DNA of 64,000 nt, from assembly GCF_001194135.2 (NCBI RefSeq), contig NC_068982.1:113927292-113991291 (forward strand), written 5' to 3'. Positions 12,945 through 25,585 of the stretch are shown piece after piece. The position numbers and the translations under genes are program-made. This DNA is from Octopus bimaculoides. Its lineage: Eukaryota. The notes under the pieces are model-generated. The model saw only the letters and a program-made list of their open reading frames with translations. It was not told the DNA's origin and searched no databases. Position 1 is the first letter of the stretch, and each line of letters starts with the position of its first letter.

Positions 12945-13161
12945 TAAGGTGGTGAGCTGGCAGAATCGTTAGCATGTTGGACGAAATGCTTAGCAGTATT
13001 TTGCCCGTTGTTATGTTCTGAGTTCAAATTTTGCTGAGGTCGACTTTGCCTTTCATCCTTTCGGGGTCAATAAAATAAGTACCGGTTGAACACTGGGGAT
13101 CAATGTAATCGACTTAATCCCCTCTCACAAACTGCCCTTGTGGCCAAATTTGAAATTATCA

Positions 13162-13203
<42 letters not shown>

Positions 13204-13384
13204 TGTTATGTGGAAGCTTCATCTCATGCACTGTTTATTACCCCTCCCTGTTATGTTACCTCATTATGTTACCTCATTATTATTATTATTATTATTATTN
13301 NNNNNNNNNTGAACACTGGGGATCAATGTAATCGACTTAATCCCCTCTCACAAACTGCCCTTGTGGCCAAATTTGAAATTATCA

Positions 13385-13426
<42 letters not shown>

Positions 13427-13495
13427 TGTTATGTGGAAGCTTCATCTCATGCACTGTTTATTACCCCTCCCTGTTATGTTACCTCATTATGTTAC

Positions 13496-13539
<44 letters not shown>

Positions 13540-14030
13540 CCTCCTTAAGGTGGTGAGCTGGCAAAATCATTAGCACACTGGACAGAAATACTTAGCAACA
13601 TTTCATCCACTTTTACGTTCTGAGTTCAAATTCTGCCAAGGTCAACATTGCCTTTCATCCTTATGGGGTCAAAGAAATAATTACCAGTGGCACATTGAGA
13701 TCTATGTAATTGATTGACATCTTCCCCACAAATTTTTCAGGCCCTATGCCTATATTTGAAAAGATTATTATTATGATTGTTGTTATTATCATTATTACTT
13801 TTATGATTAAGCTGGCAAATTGGTAGAGTCATTAGCATGTCGGGCAAAATGCTTAACAACATTTTTTCTGGCTCTTTATATTCCGAGTTCAGATTTCACC
13901 AAGGTTGATTTTACCTTTCATCCATTCAAGGTCAATAAAATAAGTACCAGTCAAGTACCGGAGTTGATGTAACAGACTTATACCCTCTCCCCCAAATTAC
14001 TGGCCTCGTGCCAAAATTCATAGCCATTAT
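12945..14030 (+). mobile_element. Cluster of about 4 SINE-A copies, plus strand, embedded in (ATT)n
   Basis: AAGGTGGTGAGCTGGCAGAATC (A-box-like) ... GAGTTCAAATT (B-box) ... GCCTTTCATCCTTT.GGGGTC ... CCTTGTG; (ATT)n on both sides. Confidence 0.9.
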
Positions 14031-14517
14031 TATTGCTGTTGTTGTTGCTGTTTCTGATCTTCAAAATGGAAATGTGCATTTGAAAATAGGCAATTAGTTT
14101 ATAGCTTATAAATTTATAGCATTATGAATATTTAAGTGGATAAATATGAGAAGAAAAATGGAGATGGTGGTGATGGTGGTGGAGGAATCCATCTTTATGT
14201 CATATTAATAAATAGTTGACTAGATATTAAAATAGAACTAGATATTTAAATAGAACTAGATATTTAAATAGAACTAGATATTAGAATTAAAAATTTTATT
14301 TTGAATGCTAATACAGAATTTTCATAATGTTTATATATTAAAAATCATTTACTTTGCCTCAAGTTACATTTCAAAAGAATAATAATAATACAAATACGAA
14401 GCAAAAGAAAAAATAAATAGTGAATTATTACCGAAATTATGTCCGGGTCCCATATATTTTATCTCCTTAACATCCTTCATTTTTGTTTTGTAATACTTCC
14501 TTTGATAATATTCTCAC

Positions 14518-14584
14518 TGCTAATGTCAAGGGCTCACTGATACTTTGTGAAAAGGTTTCAAATTTATGCAGATGATGTAGAATG
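14518..14584 (-). CDS. Putative exon of an unidentified large-intron gene (HILHHLHKFETFSQSISEPLTLA)
   Basis: Acceptor tttacag, phase 2 start matches the previous candidate exon, possible donor GCA|gtgaga; otherwise reads on to TAA at 14467-14469. Confidence 0.3.
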
Positions 14585-14824
14585 CTGTAAACTTCAGCAA
14601 TATACATTAGGAGATGTGATTAAGTGACTACACCATATCACCACATACACATAGCTGAAGTTATTTTTGTTTTAAAAAAAAATAAAAAAATGTAGCTAGG
14701 AATCTTGCCTCCCTATAAGTAGGCAGTTACTGCTATATGTAGGGCTTCACATGCCTTCAGGATCCTTAACAGGGGATAGTATTTTCTTACATGTTAAAAC
14801 TGAAAAGCAGTGAGATCGACTTAC

Positions 14825-14864
14825 TGTGCCAAGCTAAAACATTCTTCTATGGACATCTTTGACG
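14825..14864 (-). CDS. Putative 40 nt exon (PSKMSIEECFSLA)
   Basis: ccatcttccag acceptor and CA|gtaagt donor; the only open frame is phase 1 to 2, compatible with both neighbours. Confidence 0.4.
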
Positions 14865-15003
14865 CTGGAAGATGGTTTGTAATTGCAATTTTTTCTTTAT
14901 ATTTACAATTTATTTATTCGCTCATTAAATATTGGTCAGAGACTTAATTAAAAATATCTCTTGTTTTGTAAAGTAATACAGAATAAAACAGGAATTTACT
15001 TAC

Positions 15004-15024
15004 GTCTCCTTTCACTATCAGCTA
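15004..15024 (-). CDS. Putative 21 nt microexon (xADSERR)
   Basis: Long poly-pyrimidine tract ending ctttag, and AC|gtaagt donor; frame-preserving, phase 1-1. Confidence 0.35.
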
Positions 15025-15069
15025 CTAAAGAAAAAAATGCAATTCTTAAATATAGCTAGATTACTAACT

Positions 15070-15089
15070 TTCTCTTTCTCTCTCTCTGT

Positions 15090-15160
<71 letters not shown>

Positions 15161-15165
15161 CCTCT
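15070..15165. repeat. (CT)n microsatellite
   Basis: Directly visible. Confidence 0.95.
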
Positions 15166-15867
15166 CATTAAGCCCTATCTATCTTTCTATCTTTATTTCA
15201 TTTTGTAAATAATTGTTTTATTATCCCTTTTCTACCATGATAGTTGAGTTATCTGCCAACTTTATCAGTTTTTTCACAAGTAGCAGAGATATTTTTCACA
15301 TTCCATACTTAGATTAAGTGACAGCTCCGAATATTTCCTCTACAATATCATCTTACGAAACAGATGTGTCAGAATCTATTGTTATATCATTGATATCAAA
15401 CCAGTGTGGATCACAATCTTTTTGACTGTATACACACTGGGGATCAATTAGGAAATCACTGGGACACATCACACGAAAATTCAAGAAAGAAAGAAAGAAA
15501 GAAAACTTTAGTTTTAATCTTAAAAATCCAAGGAAAGAAAACATTTAGAAAAAATACTATTGTTTATGACCTCATACATGTGTATAACAAATTTATGACT
15601 AACATTTTTACAAGATGCCTAAGCATTGATATAATATATATTCTTTAAAGACTTACACTATAGTTTTGAAAATATTGCAGTGCACCTCAGTGGGTCATAA
15701 AAACATCATTTAAGAACCTTTGCATCAGACCATTACTTCATCTTCAATAATTATTATCAATTCTAATTACAACTGTTTTATGTTGTAAATGTTTTACTTC
15801 TTTTAAACTCCAGCAACATCCACTATAGTAATTCTATTGCAGTAGTTAAAATAATTTTGTTTTCTAT

Positions 15868-15901
<34 letters not shown>

Positions 15902-17837
15902 CTTGGTGGATGGATTGGTACGGTAGCTTGAGATGTTGTTGATTGTGAGAATGATGATAAAGATGCTAGCTCTATGATTTGATTAAACTTGCCTGATGAT
16001 GAAAGAAAAGAATAGTATATCTCAAACACTACCGAGGTGATTTATGTATATGTTAAGTGTATGTGTGTATATATATATGTATTGTGTGTATCATCATGTG
16101 TTAGTGTCCACTTTTTTATGTTTGCATGAGTCAGATGGAATTTGTTGAGGTAGATTTTCTATCAATGGACACCCTTTATGTTGCTAAACTGCACCTGTTC
16201 CCTCATAGCCAGACACTGCTTCTATGACAGTGGTCTCATTTGGAATTATAGCACAATGACAATAGAAGGAGATTCATAAGCAAGTGTGTTTACATATATA
16301 CACACACATAAAGCACTTCCTTCAGTCTCCCTCCACCAAATCCACCCACAGGACTTTGGTCAACCTAGAGGGATAGTAGAAGATACTAGCCATACAGTAG
16401 GACTGAACTCGAAGCCACATGATTGAGGAGTGAACTTCTTAACCACACACCCATGCCTATGCATGTGTGTGTGTGTGTGTGTGTGTTAGAAAAGAATATT
16501 TTGTGTGTGTATTAACCATGAAATTTTTTTAACTAGTTTAAATGATACAAATATTTACTTCAACAAATATTAATTTCCAAGCATGAATTTGAAAATATTT
16601 AATATGGAAATGTTTATTTTTTTTTTTTTAATCTGAAAATATTATTTTGTTTCTTTCTCCTCTTCAATATTCTAAGCTCCCTAACATAAATTTTACTTTT
16701 GTATACTGAATTAAAATAGCAAAACAAAACACAGCTTAATATATTAGTTTTCTTATTTAGTCTTGTTCCTTTTTATCCCTGCTACAAATAATGAACAAAT
16801 ATTGAGAGAGTCAAATTTAATGTTAATACTGTACACCAATTGGGTAAAATGTTTTATGCAGATTGTTGTCAGAGAGCCATAAAACACATGTTTTAATCTG
16901 AACATATGTTTTTTATGATAATGCTATCCATCAATAGAGTTGAAAAAGACTTTTTAATAGTTAACAGATCTTTGAAGTCCACTGGGCTAGTATTTATCTC
17001 TCATTTAAGTGATTTTAAGCTTATAAGAGAAGTGTTCTTCTGGATAGGGAGCCAGTATATCACAGATAAGTGATCCCACTAGAGGAATTGAACTGAGTAT
17101 AGCTTACACCAGGGAATTATACCACCTTATTGTACATGCTTAAAGAAAGTGAGGTACATTAAGTTATGTATAGTTCAATGTTGCTAACAAGATATTTTTT
17201 TTTTTGTTTCTGCAATCTGAAGGTTTTGTACTTGATAGTTCCAGATAAATACCAATACTATTAAAATACAGATGCAAAGAACCTGAAACTGTTTGAGTAC
17301 CACATTTGATTAAATAAACATTTCTAGAATAGGTACACGACCCAAGATTTGGTGGCAGAAGTAGAAGTTGGTCATTTAAATCAATACTGCATTCAATTGA
17401 TACTTTATTTTATCAACACCAGAAAGATGAAAGGCAAAGATGACCTTGACAAAATTTGAACTCAGAATACAATGGGATTAATAAGGATTTCTCACATTAG
17501 CACATGACCATTAATGAAAGTATTGTCTACTGAACAAACTGGGAGAAACATATTAATGACTCACATCTCATTTATTCTGAAAGAAATAATAAAGCAAAGT
17601 CTACACCAGGGTTTGAACCAGGTATATATAGAAATGTAACTAACTTCTGATCAAGTCATACACCACCTTTTGAGATAAGATTTCATAATGGAACCAATTA
17701 GATTCTCTATAGTGTTACAATAAAAAATTCCAGAACTTATTATACTTTGTATTTTCACATAACCGAATGACATTATCTTTTGGGAGGTAAAATACAAAAT
17801 AGTGAAAAGACTAGAGCATGCATACATATATAACACA

Positions 17838-17998
17838 TTGTGTGTGTGTGTGTGTGTGTGTGTAAATGTAATATATATATGTGTATATGTATATATAAAT
17901 ATAATATATATACATATGTATATATAAATATAATATGTATATATATAAATATAATATATATATGTATATATAAATATGATATATATATGTATATATAA

Positions 17999-18051
<53 letters not shown>

Positions 18052-18068
18052 CCGTATATATAACTATA

Positions 18069-18113
<45 letters not shown>

Positions 18114-18225
18114 ACTATAACATATACACACACACACACATACACACACACACACACACACATACACACACACACACATACACACACACACACACCTTTA
18201 TATGTTTTTATATATATATATTGAG
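17838..18225. repeat. Compound (TG)n/(TA)n/(CA)n microsatellite block
   Basis: Directly visible; produces several spurious ORFs. Confidence 0.95.
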
Positions 18226-18607
18226 TGTATGTAATATTTAGTATCAATAGTGTTTGTTGATATCAAAGTTTTGCTGATACATGCTTTTCAAATCAGACAG
18301 TTTTGAGAATACTGGCTTCTCAAAAGCTACCTGATTTCAGAAGATAGTATAAGCAAAAATTTGAAGTAAACAATTACTATTGATAATAAATATTATTGTG
18401 ACTCTACAATCACAATTGAGTGGTTTATTCAAAGCACATTTACTGTACTGAAGTACTCGAACTTAAAAAGAAAAATAAGAAATAAGCAATTAAATATATA
18501 AACAGGAAAATAAATATANNNNNNNNNNNNNNNNNNNNNNNNNNNNNNNNNNNNNNNNNNNNNNNNNNNNNNNNNNNNNNNNNNNNNNNNNNNNNNNNNN
18601 NNNNNNN

Positions 18608-18644
<37 letters not shown>

Positions 18645-19438
18645 CACACATACATACATGTGTGTAAGCATGTGAGTGTCATGTGCATGCATAAGACAGA
18701 GAGTTAGAAATTAAGTACAGGGAAAAATCAAAAGAATTAGACAAGGAAACACAAATAAAGGTATACACATACACATGCACACACACACACTTATTTCTCT
18801 CATAAGTTGTTGGTTGAAGTTCCACTGTTTCAACTCTTAGCTTCAGCTTATTTGTAGGTTTCAAGAAAAATCTGTGAGGGGAAATATTTTGTGAAGAATA
18901 GGTACTTTTGAGATGGATGTGAGACAGCATGTTTTATGGTATAACAGGACAAAACTACTACAATTATTTGAGAATATACAAATATTACACACACACACAC
19001 ATGCACATGCACATATTATTTGATAGGTTGTACATGCTTGGCAATTTGAAAGATCATGCTGAAAATGAAATCCTAATATTGTGAATGAGTTATTGTAACC
19101 ATTTGGCAGAACATAAACTATTATATTTATTTGGGTAAATATAACAGTGCAGTCAACTATGAAATGTCAGTGAGTTTTGTTATGCATCTACAGCATGGTC
19201 ACTGACACCATTCCACTGCATATATTATGTAGTTTCCAAATAAAACATAGGAGTTATGACGGAGAATATATGCAAATGTAAGAGAGTGTAAATATTATTA
19301 AGATTACTAAGTCAGTATGTTAGGTTATTTAGCAGCAGGTAATTTTTATAGACATGACAGCATGAATTAACAAAACACATTAATTTACTGGGGTATGGCT
19401 GACTGGTAAATCAAAAATAATCTACAATAACACATTTA

Positions 19439-20670
19439 CATCATCATCATCATCGTCGTCGTCGTCTAACGTCTGCTTTCCATGCTGGCATGGGTTGGAC
19501 AGTTTGACTGAGGACTGGTGAGCCAGAAGGCTGCACGAGGCTCCAATCTGATCTGGAAAAGTTTCTGCAGCTGGATGCCCTTCATAAAGCCATCTACTCT
19601 GAGAGTATAGTGAGTGCTTTTACGTGCCACTGGCATGAGGGCCAGTCAAGCAGTACTGGCAACGATCATGCTCAAGGGGTGTTTTTTACATGCCGCCTGC
19701 ATGAGAGCCAGTCCAGCGGCACTGGCAATGACCTCGCTCAAATGTTGTTTTTCACATGCCACCGGCACAAGTGACAGTAAGGGGATGCTGGCAACGATCA
19801 TGCTTGAATGGTGCTTATTACGTGCCACCAGCACGGGAGCAATCAGCAGCCCTGGCAATGATCACGCTTGAATGGTGCTTTTAACATTCCACTGGCACGA
19901 ATGCAATCAGTCAGTACTGGTCATTGGCCACGTCAGCAATTTTGATTTCACTTGCCTCAACAGGTCTTCACAAGCAAAGTAAGGGTACTCATAAGCGGGC
20001 TGGTTATACACCACTGGCATAGGCCACGGGTTATGGACTCACTTGACTTATCAGGTCTTCTCAAGCACAGCATATCTCCAAAGGTCTCGGTCACTAGTCA
20101 TTGCCTTAGTGAGGCCCAATGTTTGAAAGTCGTGCTTCACCACCTCATCCCAGATCTTCCTGGGTCTACCTCTTCCACAGGTTCCCTCAACTGCTAGGGT
20201 GTGATATTTTTTCATACAGCTGCCCTCATCCATTTGCAGCACATGACCATACCAGCTCAGTCATCTCTCTTGCATACCACACCTGATGCTTCTTAGGACC
20301 AACTTTTCTCTCACACTGACATTACACATCCAGCGGAGCATATTCACTTCATTCCTTCCAAGTTTACGCATGTCCTCAGCAGTCATGGCCCATGTTTCAC
20401 TGCCATGTAGCATGGCTGTTCGTACACATGCGTCATACAGTCTACCTTTTACACTGAGCGAGAGGACCTTAGTCACCAGCAGAGGTAGGAGCTCTCTGAA
20501 CTTTGCCCACGCTATTCTTATTCTAGCAGCTACACTTTCAGAGCATGCAAGCTATCAAGTACTTGTAGTTTTTCTCCCTGGAATGTGACAGAAGCTATTC
20601 TCTGCACATTTTCAGTGTTTATTGTTCCTGAACATTTGCCACATACAAAAACTATCTTCCCAGTTAGCCT
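19439..20670 (-). mobile_element. 5'-truncated, decayed RTE LINE (ORF2 C-terminus plus 3' UTR)
   Basis: KGRLYDACVRTAMLHGSETW..MLRWMCNV and GRGRPRKIW..DLWRYAVLEKT are typical RTE C-terminal motifs; 3' UTR and (GAT)n tail follow. Confidence 0.92.
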
Positions 20671-21039
20671 TACGTGTATTATTTATTTTGCATGTATATG
20701 ATCTCAGCAACATGCGTATCTTAACAATTATAATTCCACTAGTATATGACTAGACTTTGTCTCAGATGCTGCGGTCTAACTGTATATCATTTACCACAAT
20801 GAGAGAACTGCTGTCCTTACTTTGTAAATGGAATCATGTCAAGCTCCATAATATACAGCAATCACTTGAAACAACTGACACCTCTCACTTGGAATGCTTT
20901 TGCATTCTGTCAGGAAAATCCTGCCTTTCACAGACCAAAACTCTCTGTTTAAAACTTATATTTTGTCAACCTGGAATGTGGATACTGGCAATTTCAAATA
21001 TTGTTTATATTATTATATTAATAAGAACTGTTTCTGATC

Positions 21040-21500
21040 TAGGCAAAAGGCAAGCAGTTTTGAGGTGCTTGGTAAGTTGATATGATAGACTCCAGTGCAT
21101 AATTGATACTTTATTTTATCAACCCTGGAGAAATGAAAGGCAAAGTTGACTCTGGTGTAACCTGAACTCAGACCATAAAGAGTTGGAACAAATACTGCAA
21201 GATGTTTTGTCTGATGATCTAAAGATTCTACCAATCCATTGCCTTTGAAGGAAGACAACTAAATATCAAAAGGCATATGTCACATAATAATAATAATAAT
21301 GGTTTCTGATATAGGCACAAAACCAGCAATATTCTTTTCTACTCTAGGCACAAGACCCAAAATTTTCGGGTAGGGGGGGGGCAGTATGCAACAGTATGCA
21401 ACTGGTGCTTAATTTATCAACCCGAAAAGGATGAAAGGCAAAGTCAACCTCAGTGGAATTTGAACTCAGAACAAAAAGACAGACGAAATTACCTCTAAGC
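21040..21500 (-). mobile_element. Two SINE-A copies, minus strand
   Basis: GAAAGGCAAAGTCAACCTCAGTGGAATTTGAACTCAGAA blocks. Confidence 0.8.
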
Positions 21501-21504
21501 TCTC

Positions 21505-22110
21505 AGGATCTATCCAGCCAGTCGTCTGCACTTTGAGGCCATCCTGGTAATGTGCACTTGGAAAGAAGTAGCATCACTCATGTCGATACCCAGGTCCCTC
21601 ACTGATTTAGGTTCTGGGAATATAATCCCCTGTGGACCAGTGTAACCTGTAAGTTTTATATTCAGTATTGGATGCTGGTAGCACAGGGCTTGGGATTTTT
21701 CAGCATTAAACTGCATATTATTGTCCTCAACCCATCTGTAAATTGAGTCCAACTCTTGCTGCAGGTGTGCAACAACCTTGGGGTTCTGTATTTTCTGCGA
21801 GACTTTCATATCATCTATGTTGCTAGTAAGGGTGGCAATCCAGGCAGCTGAGGGCATATATTTCAGAGGGCCACTATGAAAAGCACTAGTCCCAAGACAG
21901 TGCCTTGTGGAATACGGCTTGCTACTTTTGTTTTCTTTGAGGTGGCTTCATTAGCCATTACTGCCTGACTTCATTCTTTCAGAAAATCATGTAACCACTC
22001 TCCAAGTTTTCCAGCTATGCCAAGATCATGCAGTTTGTGGCATATAATACCATGATCCACTTTATCAAAAGCTTTTGCAAAGCCAAGGTATATTACGTCC
22101 ACATTTAAAT
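21505..22110 (-). mobile_element. Decayed non-LTR retrotransposon RT fragment (CR1/Jockey-like)
   Basis: VDVIYLGFAKAFDKVDHGIICHKL..GIAGKLGEWLHDFL and WVEDNNMQFNAEK..VRDLGI motifs. Confidence 0.85.
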
Positions 22111-22129
22111 TGTAAACGGCCAAAATTTT

Positions 22130-22632
22130 AGGCTCACACAAAATTATCAAAAGCAAAATGCAACCTAAATCATTGAAAAAATATTAACCAGCGCAAGACT
22201 ATATCCATTAACAATGGAACCAAAAGTGAAAAAATGTGGTCGACCTAACAGTGGTACATGCCCCACCTTTTGGAGGGTTCAGAGTTCCACTTTAAACAAG
22301 GTGAAATATTTAAGATTAAATTAAATTTCACCTGTGCCTCAGAAAATCTAATCTATGCCATTACATGCTTAGCGTGTAGTAATCATTATATTGGCAAAAC
22401 AGGAATATCACTCCATCGAAGAATCACTCTCCACAAAGAACAAATCCGCCACCCACAATACAGACAGGTACAGGTCAGTGAACACATAGAAAGGTGTGCT
22501 AGGAACCTTAATCCTAATTTCCTAACTTTCCCCTTCTATCAGTGCTCACAGAACACCTCAGTACAACAAAGAATGAATAAAGAGGCAACTTTCATCAATA
22601 AATATCTTCCACAACTCAATATGAACACTTAA
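22130..22632 (+). mobile_element. Penelope-like element, GIY-YIG endonuclease C-terminal fragment
   Basis: Frameshifted QPKSLKN.LTSA linker, KCGRPN.GTC, then FTCASENLIYAITC..C..HYIGKTG..L.RRI..H and a terminal PQLN. Confidence 0.9.
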
Positions 22633-23060
22633 CTTAATACAGAACACTACTAACCTTTCAATTAATACCACCCATACATCCTATACACCATTTACATTAC
22701 AGATCTATATCTACCCTAGTTGCACCAAATTCAGAACTACTTACCTCCCTTACACATAATATTTTTACTCAGGGACTAGTAGACCTGACACCATTTGGTA
22801 ATCGGTGTGCATTCATAGCAGTGAGCAGTAAATTTACAAAACCAGTATGCTTTTGAATCTCTTTAACAATTCACAGTAATGACTTTTGTTACTTTTATTC
22901 CTACCTCAGTTCATCTAATTGTATATATCTATCGTTACTTTTAATAAAAAGCGTTTACTTTTTTTTATTTCCAGTGTGCATTTTTAGTTATTTTTCTTCT
23001 TACTTTCCCCTTACATTTCCATGTATAGTTTCTATTTCTATTTTCCACATGTATTTCTAT

Positions 23061-23103
<43 letters not shown>

Positions 23104-23223
23104 TAGCATGGAAAGCGGACGTTAAACGATGATGATGATGATGANNNNNNNNNNNNNNNNNNNNNNNNNNNNNNNNNNNNNNNNNNNNNNNNNNNNNNNN
23201 NNNNNNNNNNNNNNNNNNNNNNN

Positions 23224-23271
<48 letters not shown>

Positions 23272-24039
23272 CTCTTTTACGCTTTTATTTGTTTTCATCA
23301 TTTGACTATGGTCATCCCAGAGCACTGCCTTTAGTCAAATTGTCCTCAAGACTTTGTAATCCTAGTAATTATTCCATTGGTCTCTTATGCTGAACTACTA
23401 AGTTACAGGGATGTAAACACACCAACATTGGTTGTCAAGCAATGTTGGAGTGGTCAAACACAAACACACACACATATATATACGACAGGTTTCTTTCAGT
23501 TTCCGTTTACCAAATCCACTTACAAGTCTTTTGCCGGCCCAAGGTGCCACACAGTGGGACTGAACCTGGAACCATGTGGTTGGGAAGCAAGCTTCTTACC
23601 ACACAGCCATATATCATATGTGTGAGTGTGTTTGTATTTCTCCTTGTTTTCTTATGTTCATTCACCAACTGTACATAAAACAGCCTTTCATCTGTACAGG
23701 TAGTGTCTTATGTTTGCAGTCAACCATGAAAGCATGTCTTAGCTTCTTGACATGTCTTAATATGTTTCACCATCTTTGTAAACAAAAAGGCTTGTAACTA
23801 TGTCCGGGCTGTTTGTTATTTCCTAGACTGAGGGATTACCTTGCATGGTGACTGGAAGGGCATCCAGTACTATGAAATCTGCCTTAGTGAATTACATCTG
23901 ACCCATGGAAGATAAAAAGTGGACTAAAGTAAAACGACGATGATGATGAGATTATAAATAACAACAACAGTATAAAGCAGCAATCAGTGGAAAGGCTTCT
24001 TGAAATGGGGAACCCACATATCTCAGGTTTCTCTTATAC

Positions 24040-24330
24040 ACTAAAGACAAATAGCTTCTAGTTTTTGCTGTCAGCTCATGGACACATAGTTAATATAGTC
24101 CCATGTAGCTACATCATTTGTTCCACTCTCTACCACCTTTCATAAAAGTTCTTAAAAAACAGCAGCTCTTGCTCTATATTCACCTTCTCCTTCATTAGTA
24201 TATGAAGAAGGTGAGGATTTCCTTTGAATAGAAAAGCTCTATCCTTAGTTTTTCATCCAACATGCAACTTTCTTTGCCATAGTCATCAGCCAGAGGATGC
24301 TCTTCCTTGTCAAAGGAAGGTAATTGTTTG
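24040..24330 (-). mobile_element. Highly decayed Tx1/L1-like LINE 3' coding end
   Basis: Frameshifted LMTMAKKV..W / EILTFFIY / MKEKVNIEQE resemble the better-preserved copy at 32484. Confidence 0.4.
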
Positions 24331-24967
24331 AACTTCAAGATAAGATCAGCTGACAGCTAGATCTATCCTACACATGATAACACATGATGAACCTGTGAAT
24401 CAACAATGCACAGACATTGAATAAGTGTGTGTGTATGTGTTGGACATTTTTGTTACCCTGCATACATCTCAGAAAGAAACAAAAGGTCATACTGTTTATG
24501 AAGTGCATCATCATCATCATCCTTTAACATCCACATTCCACCCTCGCATGAGTTATATATTACAAAGAGTGCTTATAATAGAAAAATAATAAAAATAAAT
24601 ATATAAAATGCAGCATGTAACCAAATGACATTGAGGTGAACTTAGTTAATGTAATGGAAGCTGGACCACAGTAAAACTACTGGAATAATGATTTAATAAT
24701 AATGCCATAATATATAGATAGCCTATTTGGATGTATATATATCTATGAACATTTAATTATACACCTGTTATGTATATGAATCTTGCACACACACCATCCA
24801 GCCTTAGAAGAACTACAAGAATGTATTGGAAGAGCATATTACCTGGATAATAAAATGTTGAGTCTACAACTATAATGCATTTAGGCATAATTTGAGTTAT
24901 GATCGACTCAGATGAAGATTCTGATATATAATGAATATAATGTTATGTGTCTGTACGTGTATATTTG

Positions 24968-25009
<42 letters not shown>

Positions 25010-25019
25010 NNNNNNNNNN

Positions 25020-25066
<47 letters not shown>

Positions 25067-25134
25067 CTTTTATATATACGTATTTATATATACATTTATA
25101 TATAGATATATATATGTACATATGTACATATTTA

Positions 25135-25585
25135 CACTTTTATTGCCTTCAAAGTATTCTCCATTTAAAGCAATGCATAAGGCCAGGTGTGTTTACCACT
25201 GTTCAAAGCAGTGCTGGAACTCTTGCGAAGTGATGTTTTTAATGCCTTTGTTGTTTTTTCTTCACCACATCAGCAAATTCTGTAACACCAACTTTCATCA
25301 CAAGTTGATCTTCCAACTGTTCTTTCAGTCATGACTGCTTTTGATCTTCTGTGAGCAAAGTGAGGCACAAGTTTTGTTGCAACTCTTTTCATTCGCAATT
25401 CCTTACTCCAGGACACACCAGTCATATCAACAAGTTCGTCAATTGTTCGGTGACAGTCCTCCAAAATCAGTTCATGAATTTTTCTGATGTTTGAGTTTGC
25501 TCAGGTCAGCAGTCGTCATGAACAAGGTTAGTCTTCAAGCAATTAGTGACTGTTCCTAAAGCATGGAAACCACACATAAACTTGT
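25135..25585 (-). mobile_element. Internally deleted mariner transposase relic
   Basis: TQVYVWF..FRN, IHELILEDCHRTIDELVDMTGVSW, ELRMKRVATKLVP (helix-turn-helix and WVPR-like linker) and terminal CIALNGEYFEG. Confidence 0.85.

Noticed and set aside
13088-13540. Exact ~210 bp duplication
   Set aside because: The two identical copies flank a 10-N gap, typical of a scaffolding overlap artefact.
15353-15480. PHWFDIND motif recalling USP40-type deubiquitinases
   Set aside because: Following residues do not match, a stop follows, the donor phase is incompatible with the next candidate exon, and an 8-residue match can arise by chance.
15823-16029. Minus-strand ORF with good acceptor and poly-Lys
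   Set aside because: Poly-Lys comes from a T homopolymer; no convincing donor or homology.
17651-18247. Long ORFs rich in IY, CV and HT repeats (also 4873, 5121, 11179, 12331, 60898)
   Set aside because: They are translations of di- and trinucleotide microsatellites.
19612-19920. CRISPR-like array
   Set aside because: Units are degenerate tandem copies without unique spacers, lie in an RTE 3' UTR, and no cas genes are present in this eukaryotic DNA.
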